Shown in pieces: positions 1 to 8,628 of a stretch of 64,000 bases of DNA; positions within the stretch are counted from its first letter, which is position 1, and every line of letters starts with the position of its first letter. The stretch comes from Aggregatilinea sp. (GTDB lineage: Bacteria; Chloroflexota; Anaerolineae; Aggregatilineales; Aggregatilineaceae), in the NCBI RefSeq assembly GCF_036822615.1, contig NZ_DAISHJ010000015.1:7658-71657 (forward strand), written 5' to 3'. The notes beneath the pieces were generated by a model. It had not been told where the DNA came from, did not search any database, and worked only from the letters and a program-made list of their open reading frames with translations. The position numbers and the translations under genes are program-made.

Positions 1-744
1 CACGGCGATGCCGCCGATGACGTACGGCCACACCTTGCCCACGATGTCGCGCGTGCTTTGCAGCGCCTGGCTGAAGCGCTCGGTCCAGGTGAGCCGGGCT
101 TCGAGCTGATTTTGGGCGTTGTTCTTGACCTTCACCTGGTACACGAACGGCTCGACGTGCTGTTCCAGATGCAGCCGCCCGATCAGGATCCCCGACAGGA
201 TGGCGAGCGTTACGCCCGACGCCATATACAGCCCGGCGATCTTCCAGCCGAACATGCCGAACAGCATCACCAGCGCCACCTCGTTGACCATCGGCGCGGT
301 GACCAGGAACGAAAAGGTGACGCCCAGCGGAATGCCCGATTCCACGAAGCCGATGAACAGCGGCACGGCGGAACACGAGCAAAACGGCGTGATGATGCCC
401 AGCAGGGAAGCCAGCACGTTGCCGACGCCTTCGCGCCGTCCGCCCAGCCAGCGCCGGGTCTGTTCCGGCGTGACGAAGGTGCGCAGCACGGTGATCAGGA
501 AGATCATGCCGGACAGCAGCAGCAGGATCTTGGGCACGTCATAAAGGAAAAAGTTGACGGCGCTGCCGAGGCGCGTCTCCGGCCCGAGACCGAGTAGATC
601 GTAGGAGAGGGTATCCGCGATGGTTTGCAGGCTGTTATAGGCGATCCACCACACCAGCGCGGCAGCCGCCAGCAGCCCGAAACTCTGCCGGTCCCCGGTT
701 CCGATCCGGTTTGACAGCGCGATCCGCTGCGATTTGAACGACAT
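1..744 (-). CDS. Permease of the COG0701/ArsP-like family (3' end runs off the window)
   Basis: Absent from the ORF track because it is edge-truncated. Reverse translation from ATG 744-742 gives MSFKSQRIALSN...FLYDVPKILLLLSGMIFLITVLRTFVTPE...ITPFCSCSAVPLFIGFVESGIPLGVTFSFLVTAPMVNEVALV. This is a polytopic membrane protein with the FCSCS motif of this permease family. It lies downstream of the arsR and thioredoxin-like genes. Confidence 0.8.
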   Translation of the reverse strand, partial: MSFKSQRIALSNRIGTGDRQSFGLLAAAALVWWIAYNSLQTIADTLSYDLLGLGPETRLGSAVNFFLYDVPKILLLLSGMIFLITVLRTFVTPEQTRRWLGGRREGVGNVLASLLGIITPFCSCSAVPLFIGFVESGIPLGVTFSFLVTAPMVNEVALVMLFGMFGWKIAGLYMASGVTLAILSGILIGRLHLEQHVEPFVYQVKVKNNAQNQLEARLTWTERFSQALQSTRDIVGKVWPYVIGGIAV

Positions 745-790
745 CGTATTGACTTCCTTTGCTGAATAACGGTAAAAGGGTGCTGCTCTG

Positions 791-866
791 GAACCTGTTT
801 TGCACTTGCCGAGCGGGAAAATGGGTTCCCGCCTCACTCGTTACCCCACGATCCGTAGGGGCGGGT
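791..866 (+). repeat. Mosaic intergenic repeat, copy 1 (5' module plus core)
   Basis: ..TGCACTTGCCGAGCGGGAAAATGGGTTCCCGCCTCACTCGTTACCCCACGATCCGTAGGGGCGGG. It shares GGTTCCCGCCTCACTCGTTA with copy 2 and the whole 5' part with copy 4. Confidence 0.7.
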
Positions 867-902
867 ATCATGCTCTTTAACTTTTGAATCCGGACACAAC
901 CA

Positions 903-927
903 GGGCGGGTTTCTAACCCGCCCCTAC
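903..927. repeat. GTAGGGGC-family hairpin
   Basis: GGGCGGGTTTCTAACCCGCCCCTAC. Confidence 0.7.
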
Positions 928-947
928 AGGCTCCCGTCGACTGCCTG

Positions 948-997
948 TCTCCCCTCTCCAGCCCAGACTGGAGAGAGGGGCCGGGGGTGAGGTCGCG
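948..997 (+). repeat. CCCCTCTCC...GGAGAGGGGCCGGGGTGAGGTCGCG hairpin repeat, copy 1
   Basis: TCTCCCCTCTCCAGCCCAGACTGGAGAGAGGGGCCGGGGGTGAGGTCGCG. Confidence 0.7.
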
Positions 998-1075
998 GTG
1001 ATGACCGGATTCATTTATTAAACCGCATCAACCCCGCCCTGCTTTTTGCTTATCCGGGATCCCCGCGCGGCAGCC

Positions 1076-1330
1076 CTAGTTGGCCTGCTGCTCCATCGCC
1101 CAACGCACGATCTGATCGCCGGAGGGGATGCGCCCGCTGGACACGACCTGCTCGTTCATGACCAGCGCGGGCGTGCTGACGACGCCGTACGCGGCGATGT
1201 CGGCGTAGTCGGTGACCTTCACCAGCTCGTACGCGATGCCCGGCTGGGCCGCATCGAGCGCCTTACGGGTTTCGGCTTCCAGCTTCTTGCAGTTCGGGCA
1301 GCCCGATCCCAAAACTTTGACCGTCAACAT
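1076..1330 (-). CDS. Small thioredoxin-family redox-active disulfide protein (TM0996/MTH895 type)
   Basis: MLTVKVLGSGCPNCKKLE... contains a CxxC motif. ATG 1330 is preceded by AGGAGAA at 7 nt. The longer track ORF (to 1402) would overlap arsR. Confidence 0.85.
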   Translation of the reverse strand: MLTVKVLGSGCPNCKKLEAETRKALDAAQPGIAYELVKVTDYADIAAYGVVSTPALVMNEQVVSSGRIPSGDQIVRWAMEQQAN

Positions 1331-1373
1331 TGACCTGTTCTCCTGTGAGTGAATGTGCCCATGTGTGGAATGC

Positions 1374-1718
1374 TCAGGCGATTTCCATGCGCGCCGTGGC
1401 ACAGTGCGGGCAGGCGCAGTTGTCCAGCGTTTCCGGCTCCCCTACGTGCTGCAAGCCCAGCGCCATCTCGACCAGGACATCGACGCGCGGATCGGCCAGC
1501 CGGTAAAAAACCTTCAGCCCGTCCTTGCGCGCCGCGATCAGCCCGGCTTCGCGCAGAACCATCAACTGCTGCGAGATGTACGCCTGCCGCTTGCCGAATG
1601 CGGCTTCCATGTGGCACACGCACACCTCGCCGCCGCGCAGCATGTTCAGAATTTGCAGGCGGACCGGATGCCCCATGGCACGGAAGAGAGCCGCACCTTC
1701 GTCATAGCTGGCGGTCAT
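1374..1718 (-). CDS. arsR: ArsR/SmtB-family metalloregulator (copy 1)
   Basis: HPVRLQILNMLRGGEVCVCHME has a winged HTH with a CVC metalloid-site motif, and there is a C-terminal CACPHC. An AAGGAG SD lies upstream of the ATG. Confidence 0.9.
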   Translation of the reverse strand: MTASYDEGAALFRAMGHPVRLQILNMLRGGEVCVCHMEAAFGKRQAYISQQLMVLREAGLIAARKDGLKVFYRLADPRVDVLVEMALGLQHVGEPETLDNCACPHCATARMEIA

Positions 1719-1732
1719 GGTTGCTCCTTTGC

Positions 1733-1748
1733 ATTCAAAAAACTGAAT
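1733..1748. promoter_or_regulatory. Inverted repeat ATTCA-N6-TGAAT just upstream of arsR1 (candidate operator)
   Basis: A 5-6-5 palindrome read directly from the sequence, 15 nt from the arsR1 start codon. Confidence 0.4.
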
Positions 1749-1841
1749 ATAGTCTAGCTCTCACACCCATCGGACAGCAGCGTCACTTGTCACTGAATCG
1801 GCATGACAGGTTGTACATGCTTCGGAACTTCCCCCAACTGC

Positions 1842-1869
1842 TTGACATATCGACAAATGTCGATAGAAT
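1842..1869 (+). promoter_or_regulatory. Sigma70-like promoter TTGACA-16 nt-TAGAAT for arsR2
   Basis: The hexamers were read directly. The -10 overlaps ATG 1868, which implies a leaderless mRNA starting near ATG 1877. Confidence 0.55.
1848..1865. promoter_or_regulatory. Perfect palindrome TATCGACA-AA-TGTCGATA (candidate ArsR operator)
   Basis: An 8-2-8 perfect inverted repeat filling the promoter spacer and -10. Confidence 0.6.
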
Positions 1870-2209
1870 GAAAACTATGAACACAGACCCGGTACTGTTT
1901 GCCAAGGCGCTCGCCGACGAAACGCGGCAGGAGATCATGACGCATCTCTGCTGCGTCTGGTTGAGCGTGGGCGATCTGGTGGACAAGATGGACGGCAAGG
2001 TCAACCAGCCGACCGTCAGCCACCATCTGAAGAAGCTCGAAGAAGCCGGGCTGGTCCTGGTGCGCCAGGAAGGGCGGAATCGTTTTTACACGCTCGACCA
2101 GGAACAGCTCACGGTCTGCTGCGGGGTACTGGTCAACGCGTTTGCGCCCGACTACGCGTCGCAGGTGATCCGGCCCGACGACATTCAGAATCCGCCCGCA
2201 CATCGTTAG
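1868..2209 (+). CDS. arsR: ArsR/SmtB-family metalloregulator (copy 2); real start may be the second ATG at 1877
   Basis: KALADETRQEIMTHLCC..SVGDLVDKMDGKVNQPTVSHHLKKLEEAGLV is an ArsR-type HTH. The upstream 170 codons of track ORF 1349..2209 are antisense to arsR1 and were rejected. Confidence 0.85.
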   Translation: MKTMNTDPVLFAKALADETRQEIMTHLCCVWLSVGDLVDKMDGKVNQPTVSHHLKKLEEAGLVLVRQEGRNRFYTLDQEQLTVCCGVLVNAFAPDYASQVIRPDDIQNPPAHR

Positions 2210-2229
2210 CCTCTTTTTTTGCCCTGAAG

Positions 2230-2247
2230 TATCGACATTCGTCGATA
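2230..2247. promoter_or_regulatory. Second copy of the operator, TATCGACA-TT-CGTCGATA, upstream of arsM
   Basis: One mismatch relative to the 1848-1865 site. It lies about 25 nt before the arsM ATG. Confidence 0.55.
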
Positions 2248-2272
2248 TGTCATCAGTCCTAAGGAGCACATC

Positions 2273-3706
<1,434 letters not shown>

Positions 3707-3905
3707 TAGGGAATTTTCAGCCGGTGCGCAACGTTGTCCCTGCGCCGCGCGTACTATACACTGAATGCACGTTCTGAAGGAGGCACACGCGAATGGTTCT
3801 GTAGCAGGCTTTTGATCACGGCAAGTCGATTTTGCCCGCGCGAACGGGCCGGACCTTGTCGTGCTGCGCCTGCCGGTCAAGCCATGTCGCTGACACTGCA
3901 TCCTG

Positions 3906-3943
3906 AGGGGATACGGGCGCACCTGCTCGTATCCCCTTTTTTG
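3906..3943 (+). terminator. Rho-independent terminator
   Basis: AGGGGATACG-loop-CGTATCCCCT followed by TTTTTTGT. Confidence 0.75.
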
Positions 3944-4032
3944 TCCCGATCTGCTTCGCAGCCCGATTCCACGCGCCGGTTCGATCCCCCTTTCTCGGTT
4001 TGGCAGTGCAGCATTCACTTGAGGAGCAGATC

Positions 4033-4980
4033 ATGACCATTTCCACCCCCGACCAACTCATCGCCCGCGCGCCGCGCGACGACACGGACTTTATGCGCGT
4101 GCGTGACTTTCTGATGGAGGCGTTCCGGCACGACTACTGGGATCACAACTGGGAGATCCGGCGCTGGGAGGGTTGGCGCTTCTATCACTATGCGGACGAC
4201 GAAGCGCGCGGCGACCATCCCTGGGCGCAGCGCGTGCGCCTGTGGGAGACGGTGGACGGTACGCTGATCGGCGTCGCGCATCCCGAGGGCGACGGGATCG
4301 CGTTCCACGAGGTGCGTCCCGGCTGGCAAACGCCGGAGCAGGAAGACGCGATGATCGCCTGGTCCGAGCAGCATCTGGCGATCACGCTGGATGATGGCCG
4401 CCAGCGCCTGTACTACGATGTGTTCGAGTACGACACCGTGCGCCACGAAGCGCTGCGGCGGCGCGGGTACGAACGGCGCGACGATTACGGCTACAGCCGC
4501 CGCCGCTCGCTGGAGGAGCCGATCCCCGACATCGCCATCCCCGACGGCTACACGGTCCGCGCGCAGCGCCCCAACGACGACGAGGATCGCGCGCGGCTGG
4601 TCAAGGCGCTGGACGCGGTATTCCCGCGTGCGAAGACGACCACCACCAACTACCGCGTGTTCGAGACGCTTTCGCCCTCGTATCGCTGCGATCTGCACCT
4701 GATGGCCGTCGCGCCGGACGGTAACTGCGCAGCGTTCTGCGGCATCACCTGGGATCCGGTGAACCGCCAGGGCATCTTCGAGCCGGTGGGCACGGTGGAC
4801 GCCTACCGCCAGAAGCGGCTGGGGCAAGCGGTCATGGCCGAAGGGCTGCGGCGGCTGAAGGCGCTCGGCGCGACGCACGCCATCGTCGGCACGGGCGATA
4901 TGGTCCCCGCGAACCGGCTGTACGAGTCGCTGGGCTTCACCGAATACCACATCGATCACCTGTGGCAGAAGGTGTGGTAG
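4033..4980 (+). CDS. GNAT-family N-acetyltransferase
   Basis: The C-terminal acetyl-CoA motif is RQKRLGQAVMAEGLRRLKALGA...ANRLYESLGF. ATG 4033 has a GAGGAG SD at 6 nt; the track start at 4000 lacks one. Confidence 0.7.
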   Translation: MTISTPDQLIARAPRDDTDFMRVRDFLMEAFRHDYWDHNWEIRRWEGWRFYHYADDEARGDHPWAQRVRLWETVDGTLIGVAHPEGDGIAFHEVRPGWQTPEQEDAMIAWSEQHLAITLDDGRQRLYYDVFEYDTVRHEALRRRGYERRDDYGYSRRRSLEEPIPDIAIPDGYTVRAQRPNDDEDRARLVKALDAVFPRAKTTTTNYRVFETLSPSYRCDLHLMAVAPDGNCAAFCGITWDPVNRQGIFEPVGTVDAYRQKRLGQAVMAEGLRRLKALGATHAIVGTGDMVPANRLYESLGFTEYHIDHLWQKVW

Positions 4981-5010
4981 AAGGGTTGAACGGAGGCGGT
5001 ACAGGCTCGC

Positions 5011-5033
5011 ACAGGCGGGCCTGTTTTGTTTTT
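5011..5033 (+). terminator. Terminator-like hairpin after the GNAT gene
   Basis: ACAGG-CGGG-CCTGT followed by TTTGTTTTT. The stem is short. Confidence 0.5.
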
Positions 5034-5045
5034 GGCAGCAGCCCA

Positions 5046-5061
5046 CCGATCCCGGGATCGG
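5046..5061. promoter_or_regulatory. Perfect 16-bp palindrome CCGATCCCGGGATCGG upstream of the GH3 gene
   Basis: Read directly. It shares the GGGATCG/CGATCCC half-site with the palindrome at 19835-19869. Confidence 0.3.
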
Positions 5062-5223
5062 CGGCGCGGCAAATGCCGCCGGATAGCGTCGAAACTGCCC
5101 CGTGAATCAGGCGCGGAAACGCGGCGCGCACGGTACAATTACCCCTGCGCCGGACGGTCCGTTTGAGGGGCATCTTCCGGTTACTATATGATGCTTGATT
5201 TAGGCGAAGGGACCTTATTTGTG

Positions 5224-7386
5224 ATGGCACAAAACGCCGCGTCTGGCTCCGAACACGATCCCTTGTATCTCAACCCCGACCTGCCCATTTCCGAGCGCGT
5301 TGACGATCTCGTCAGCCGCATGACGCTGACCGAAAAAGTGTCGCAGATGCTGCACGGCGCGCCCGCGATCGAGCGCCTGGGCATCCCCGAATACAACTGG
5401 TGGAACGAGTGTCTGCACGGCGTGGCCCGCGCGGGCCTGAGCACCGTCTTCCCCCAGGGCATCGGGCTGGGCAGCATGTGGAACACCGACCTGCTGCGCC
5501 GCGCCGGGAACGCCATTTCCGACGAGGCGCGCGCCAAGCATCATGACTTCGCGCGGCAGGGCATTTACGACTGGTACACCGGGCTGACCTTCTGGACGCC
5601 CAACATCAACATCTTCCGCGATCCGCGCTGGGGGCGCGGGCAGGAAACCTTTGGCGAAGATCCGTACCTGACCGCGCGCTACGGCGTGATCTACGTGCAG
5701 GCGCTGCAAGGCGACGATCCGCGCTACTTGAAGCTGGTCGCCACGCCGAAGCATTACGCGGTGCACAGCGGCCCGGAAGCCGACCGCCATCACTTCGACG
5801 CGCAGGCTACCGAGCGCGACCTGTGGGACACCTACCTGCCGCACTTTGAGGCGGCGATCCGCGAAGGGCGCGCCGTGTCGATCATGGGCGCGTACAACCG
5901 CTTCCGGGGCGAACCGGCCTGCGCCAGCGACCTGCTGCTGGGCGAGATCCTGCGCGGGCAGTGGGGCTTTGACGGGTACGTCGTGTCCGACTGCGGCGCG
6001 ATCGAGGATATCTACGAGCATCACAAGGTCACGGAAACGGCGGAAGAAGGCGCGGCGCTGGCGGTGAAGGCGGGCTGCGACCTGTGCTGCGGCTGCGCGT
6101 ATGAAGCGCTGGTCGCCGCCGTGGAACAGGGCCTGCTCGACGAGGCGGACATCGACCGCTCGGTCAAGCGGCTGTTCACGGCGCGCTTCCAACTGGGCAT
6201 GTTCGATCCGCCGGAGCGCGTGCCCTACGCCCAGATCCCCTATTCGGTCGTCGACTGCGCCGAGCACCGCGCCCTGGCGCTGGAAACCGCTCGCGAATCG
6301 ATGGTGCTGCTGAAGAACGACGGCGTCCTGCCGCTGGCGCGCGATCTGCGCTCGATTGCGGTGATCGGCCCGAATGCGGACGACGCCCAGGTGCTGCTCG
6401 GCAACTATCACGGCACGCCGTCGGCCAGCGTCACGCCGCTGGAAGGCATCCGGCGCAAGGTGGGCGAGGGCGTCGAAGTGACCTACGCGCCCGGCTGCGA
6501 CATCCGCCGCCCTGCGCGTGACGGTTTCGACGCGGCGGTGAAGATCGCGCAGGACGCGGATCTGGCCGTGATGGTGCTGGGCCTGTCGCAGCGGATCGAG
6601 GGCGAGGAGGGCCAGGAAGAAGGTGTCGGCGCGGGGGAGATCAGCACGGGCGACCGCACGTCGATCGAACTGCCCGAAGTGCAGCAGGCGCTGCTCGAAG
6701 CGGTCCACGCGACGGGCACGCCCGTGGTGCTAGTGCTGCTCAACGGCAGCGCGCTGGCGATCAGTTGGGCGGCGGCACACGTCCCGGCCATTCTCGAAGC
6801 GTGGTATTCCGGCGAGGAAGGTGGCACGGCCATCGCGGATGTGCTGTTTGGCGACTACAACCCCGCCGGGCGTCTGCCGGTGACCTTCTACGCCGCCACC
6901 GCCGACCTGCCGCCGTTCGACGACTACACCATGCAGGGCCGCACCTATCGCTACTTTGAGGGTGCGCCGCTGTTTCCGTTCGGTCACGGCCTGAGCTACA
7001 CGCGCTTCGAGTACTGCGATCTGCGCGTCGAGCCGTCCATGATGGCCGCGCTGGAGCCGGTAACCGTGTCGGTGACGGTCAAAAACCTGGGCGAGCGCGC
7101 CGGGGATGAAGTCGTGCAGTTGTACGTGCGTGACGTGGAAACGTCCGTGCTGGCGCCGCGCCACCACCTCGAAGGCTTCACGCGCGTGCACTTTGAGCCG
7201 GGCGAGGAAAAGGTGATCGTGTTCACGCTGGAACCGCGCCAGCTCTCGCTCGTGCGCGAGGATGGCAGCCGGGCCATCGAGCCGGGCGCGTTCGAGATCG
7301 CGGTGGGCGGCGGGCAGCCGGGTTATGCGGCCAGCGGCTGCGTCACCGGCACGCTCACGGTGATGGGCGAGGCGGTCGAGCTGTAG
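5224..7386 (+). CDS. Glycoside hydrolase family 3 (beta-xylosidase/beta-glucosidase type), no signal peptide
   Basis: Motifs seen: TLTEKVSQM, FRDPRWGRGQETFGEDP, KHYAVHSGPE and the nucleophile region GYVVSDCGAI. A C-terminal Fn3-like domain is present. The start could also be 5188. Confidence 0.9.
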   Translation: MAQNAASGSEHDPLYLNPDLPISERVDDLVSRMTLTEKVSQMLHGAPAIERLGIPEYNWWNECLHGVARAGLSTVFPQGIGLGSMWNTDLLRRAGNAISDEARAKHHDFARQGIYDWYTGLTFWTPNINIFRDPRWGRGQETFGEDPYLTARYGVIYVQALQGDDPRYLKLVATPKHYAVHSGPEADRHHFDAQATERDLWDTYLPHFEAAIREGRAVSIMGAYNRFRGEPACASDLLLGEILRGQWGFDGYVVSDCGAIEDIYEHHKVTETAEEGAALAVKAGCDLCCGCAYEALVAAVEQGLLDEADIDRSVKRLFTARFQLGMFDPPERVPYAQIPYSVVDCAEHRALALETARESMVLLKNDGVLPLARDLRSIAVIGPNADDAQVLLGNYHGTPSASVTPLEGIRRKVGEGVEVTYAPGCDIRRPARDGFDAAVKIAQDADLAVMVLGLSQRIEGEEGQEEGVGAGEISTGDRTSIELPEVQQALLEAVHATGTPVVLVLLNGSALAISWAAAHVPAILEAWYSGEEGGTAIADVLFGDYNPAGRLPVTFYAATADLPPFDDYTMQGRTYRYFEGAPLFPFGHGLSYTRFEYCDLRVEPSMMAALEPVTVSVTVKNLGERAGDEVVQLYVRDVETSVLAPRHHLEGFTRVHFEPGEEKVIVFTLEPRQLSLVREDGSRAIEPGAFEIAVGGGQPGYAASGCVTGTLTVMGEAVEL

Positions 7387-7416
7387 CAGAAGCCTCTCTG
7401 GCCCAAACGGAGTTTT

Positions 7417-7449
7417 GTAGGGGCAGTTCACGAACTGCCCCTTTTTCGT
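7417..7449 (+). terminator. Rho-independent terminator after GH3 (also a GTAGGGGC-family hairpin)
   Basis: GTAGGGGCAG-ttcacgaa-CTGCCCC then TTTTTCGTC, between convergent genes. Confidence 0.8.
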
Positions 7450-7458
7450 CCCGATGCG

Positions 7459-8541
7459 CTAGATCACTTCGAGGAAATTGCGCTCCGGCAGCGCGGGGAA
7501 TGGCGCGTGCGGCTCGGCCTGATACCAGAACGCGGTCGAGGCGATGTCGTCTTGCAGCGGCAGAAAGCGCCCCTCCGACCGCCAGCCGAGCGCCTGGATC
7601 GTCACTCGCAGATCCTGCCGGAAGCGGATCGGGTCCATGATGTGCCAGCGGTACATGCCGAAGCGCTGCTGCGCCTGATACAGCCCGTCGGGTGTGATCA
7701 CCTGCGGCAAGCCGGAATAGGGCGAGCTGAACGCGCCGTACTGCCCCGCCGGGTGCTCGAAGTTCCACGCGCCGCCGAAGTAGTCTTCGGTTCCCGTGCC
7801 GCAGATGGTCGGGAACTCGCGGTCACCGTCCATGTAAAACTTGATTTCGCCCTCGCCCCACCAGTTATTGTTGTTCACGCCCCACGCGAGATACGTGCCG
7901 ACATAGTGGCCCTGGCCCTGCACGCCGTCCAGCAGGGTATGTACGTCCTTGTACGGCAGCGGATTGCTGCGCCGCCACTGCGCGTGGAAGTAGGCCGCAT
8001 CGTCCGGCACGTCCGTCAGCGTATAGGTGATCTGGTAGTAGAAGCCGAGCACGTCTTCCGGCGCGAGGTTTTCGAGCGTGATCCGCGCGCTGCGGCGGAA
8101 GGGCATTTCCCAGTAGCAGTTGAAGCCGCCCGCCGGGTTGACCGCCACCGCCAGCGAGGTCACGTTGCAGCGCACGCTCCACCCGTTGCAGAAGAAGTCG
8201 CCCAGCGGCACTTCGACCGAGGGCGTTTCCTCGCCGTCCCAGTAGAAGCGGATCACCAGCTTGCGCCACCACTGCGGCGCGACGGTCAGCCAGATGTGCT
8301 GGATCGCGCCCGGCCCTTCGATCTCGGCCAGCGTCACGGTTTCGTGCGCCGCGAGGTGAATCGAGGGCGAGATCTTCCAGCCCTGGCCCAGCTCGCGCGC
8401 CGGGCCGGAGCCTGTGCCTTCGGTCGCCATGCCGCCCTGACCGTGCGCCCCGGTGAAGTTTTCCGGGCTGATCGAGCGCGTCTCCGCATTGGACAGGCGC
8501 GATAAGTTGCCTAAGCTCATGTTCAAGCCGCTGAACGACAT
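7459..8541 (-). CDS. DUF2961 / glycoside hydrolase family 172 protein
   Basis: RSISPENFTG, GPGAIQHIWLT and GTGTEDYFGGAW are characteristic DUF2961 motifs. An AAGGAG SD lies 6 nt before the ATG. Confidence 0.85.
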   Translation of the reverse strand: MSFSGLNMSLGNLSRLSNAETRSISPENFTGAHGQGGMATEGTGSGPARELGQGWKISPSIHLAAHETVTLAEIEGPGAIQHIWLTVAPQWWRKLVIRFYWDGEETPSVEVPLGDFFCNGWSVRCNVTSLAVAVNPAGGFNCYWEMPFRRSARITLENLAPEDVLGFYYQITYTLTDVPDDAAYFHAQWRRSNPLPYKDVHTLLDGVQGQGHYVGTYLAWGVNNNNWWGEGEIKFYMDGDREFPTICGTGTEDYFGGAWNFEHPAGQYGAFSSPYSGLPQVITPDGLYQAQQRFGMYRWHIMDPIRFRQDLRVTIQALGWRSEGRFLPLQDDIASTAFWYQAEPHAPFPALPERNFLEVI

Positions 8542-8628
8542 CGAGTGCTCCTTGATGAAAGTGCGGTTTTCATGGTAACGAACCGTTTTTTGCCAGACAT
8601 CATGATCCGCAGGCGCGCGTGCCAGGGA

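Noticed and set aside
791-1000. CRISPR array or tandem repeat
   Set aside because: The repeated hairpins are dispersed singly across the window (791, 7417, 21043, 31846, 42301, 52519, 53872, 60512) with no regular repeat-spacer periodicity, and no cas genes are present.
3734-4036. 100-aa TTG-initiated ORF between arsM and the GNAT gene
   Set aside because: It has no SD, reads straight through a canonical terminator hairpin, and overlaps the GNAT start. Its composition is not gene-like.
5215-6708. 497-aa minus-strand ORF, and similar long antisense ORFs (for example 14786-16156, 16063-17112, 17271-18710, 20000-21016, 21195-22607, 22300-23565, 24809-26383, 36786-37775, 44954-46009, 51134-52327, 52702-53634)
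   Set aside because: All mirror a confidently identified gene on the other strand and show shadow-ORF composition. None has an SD or a recognisable motif.
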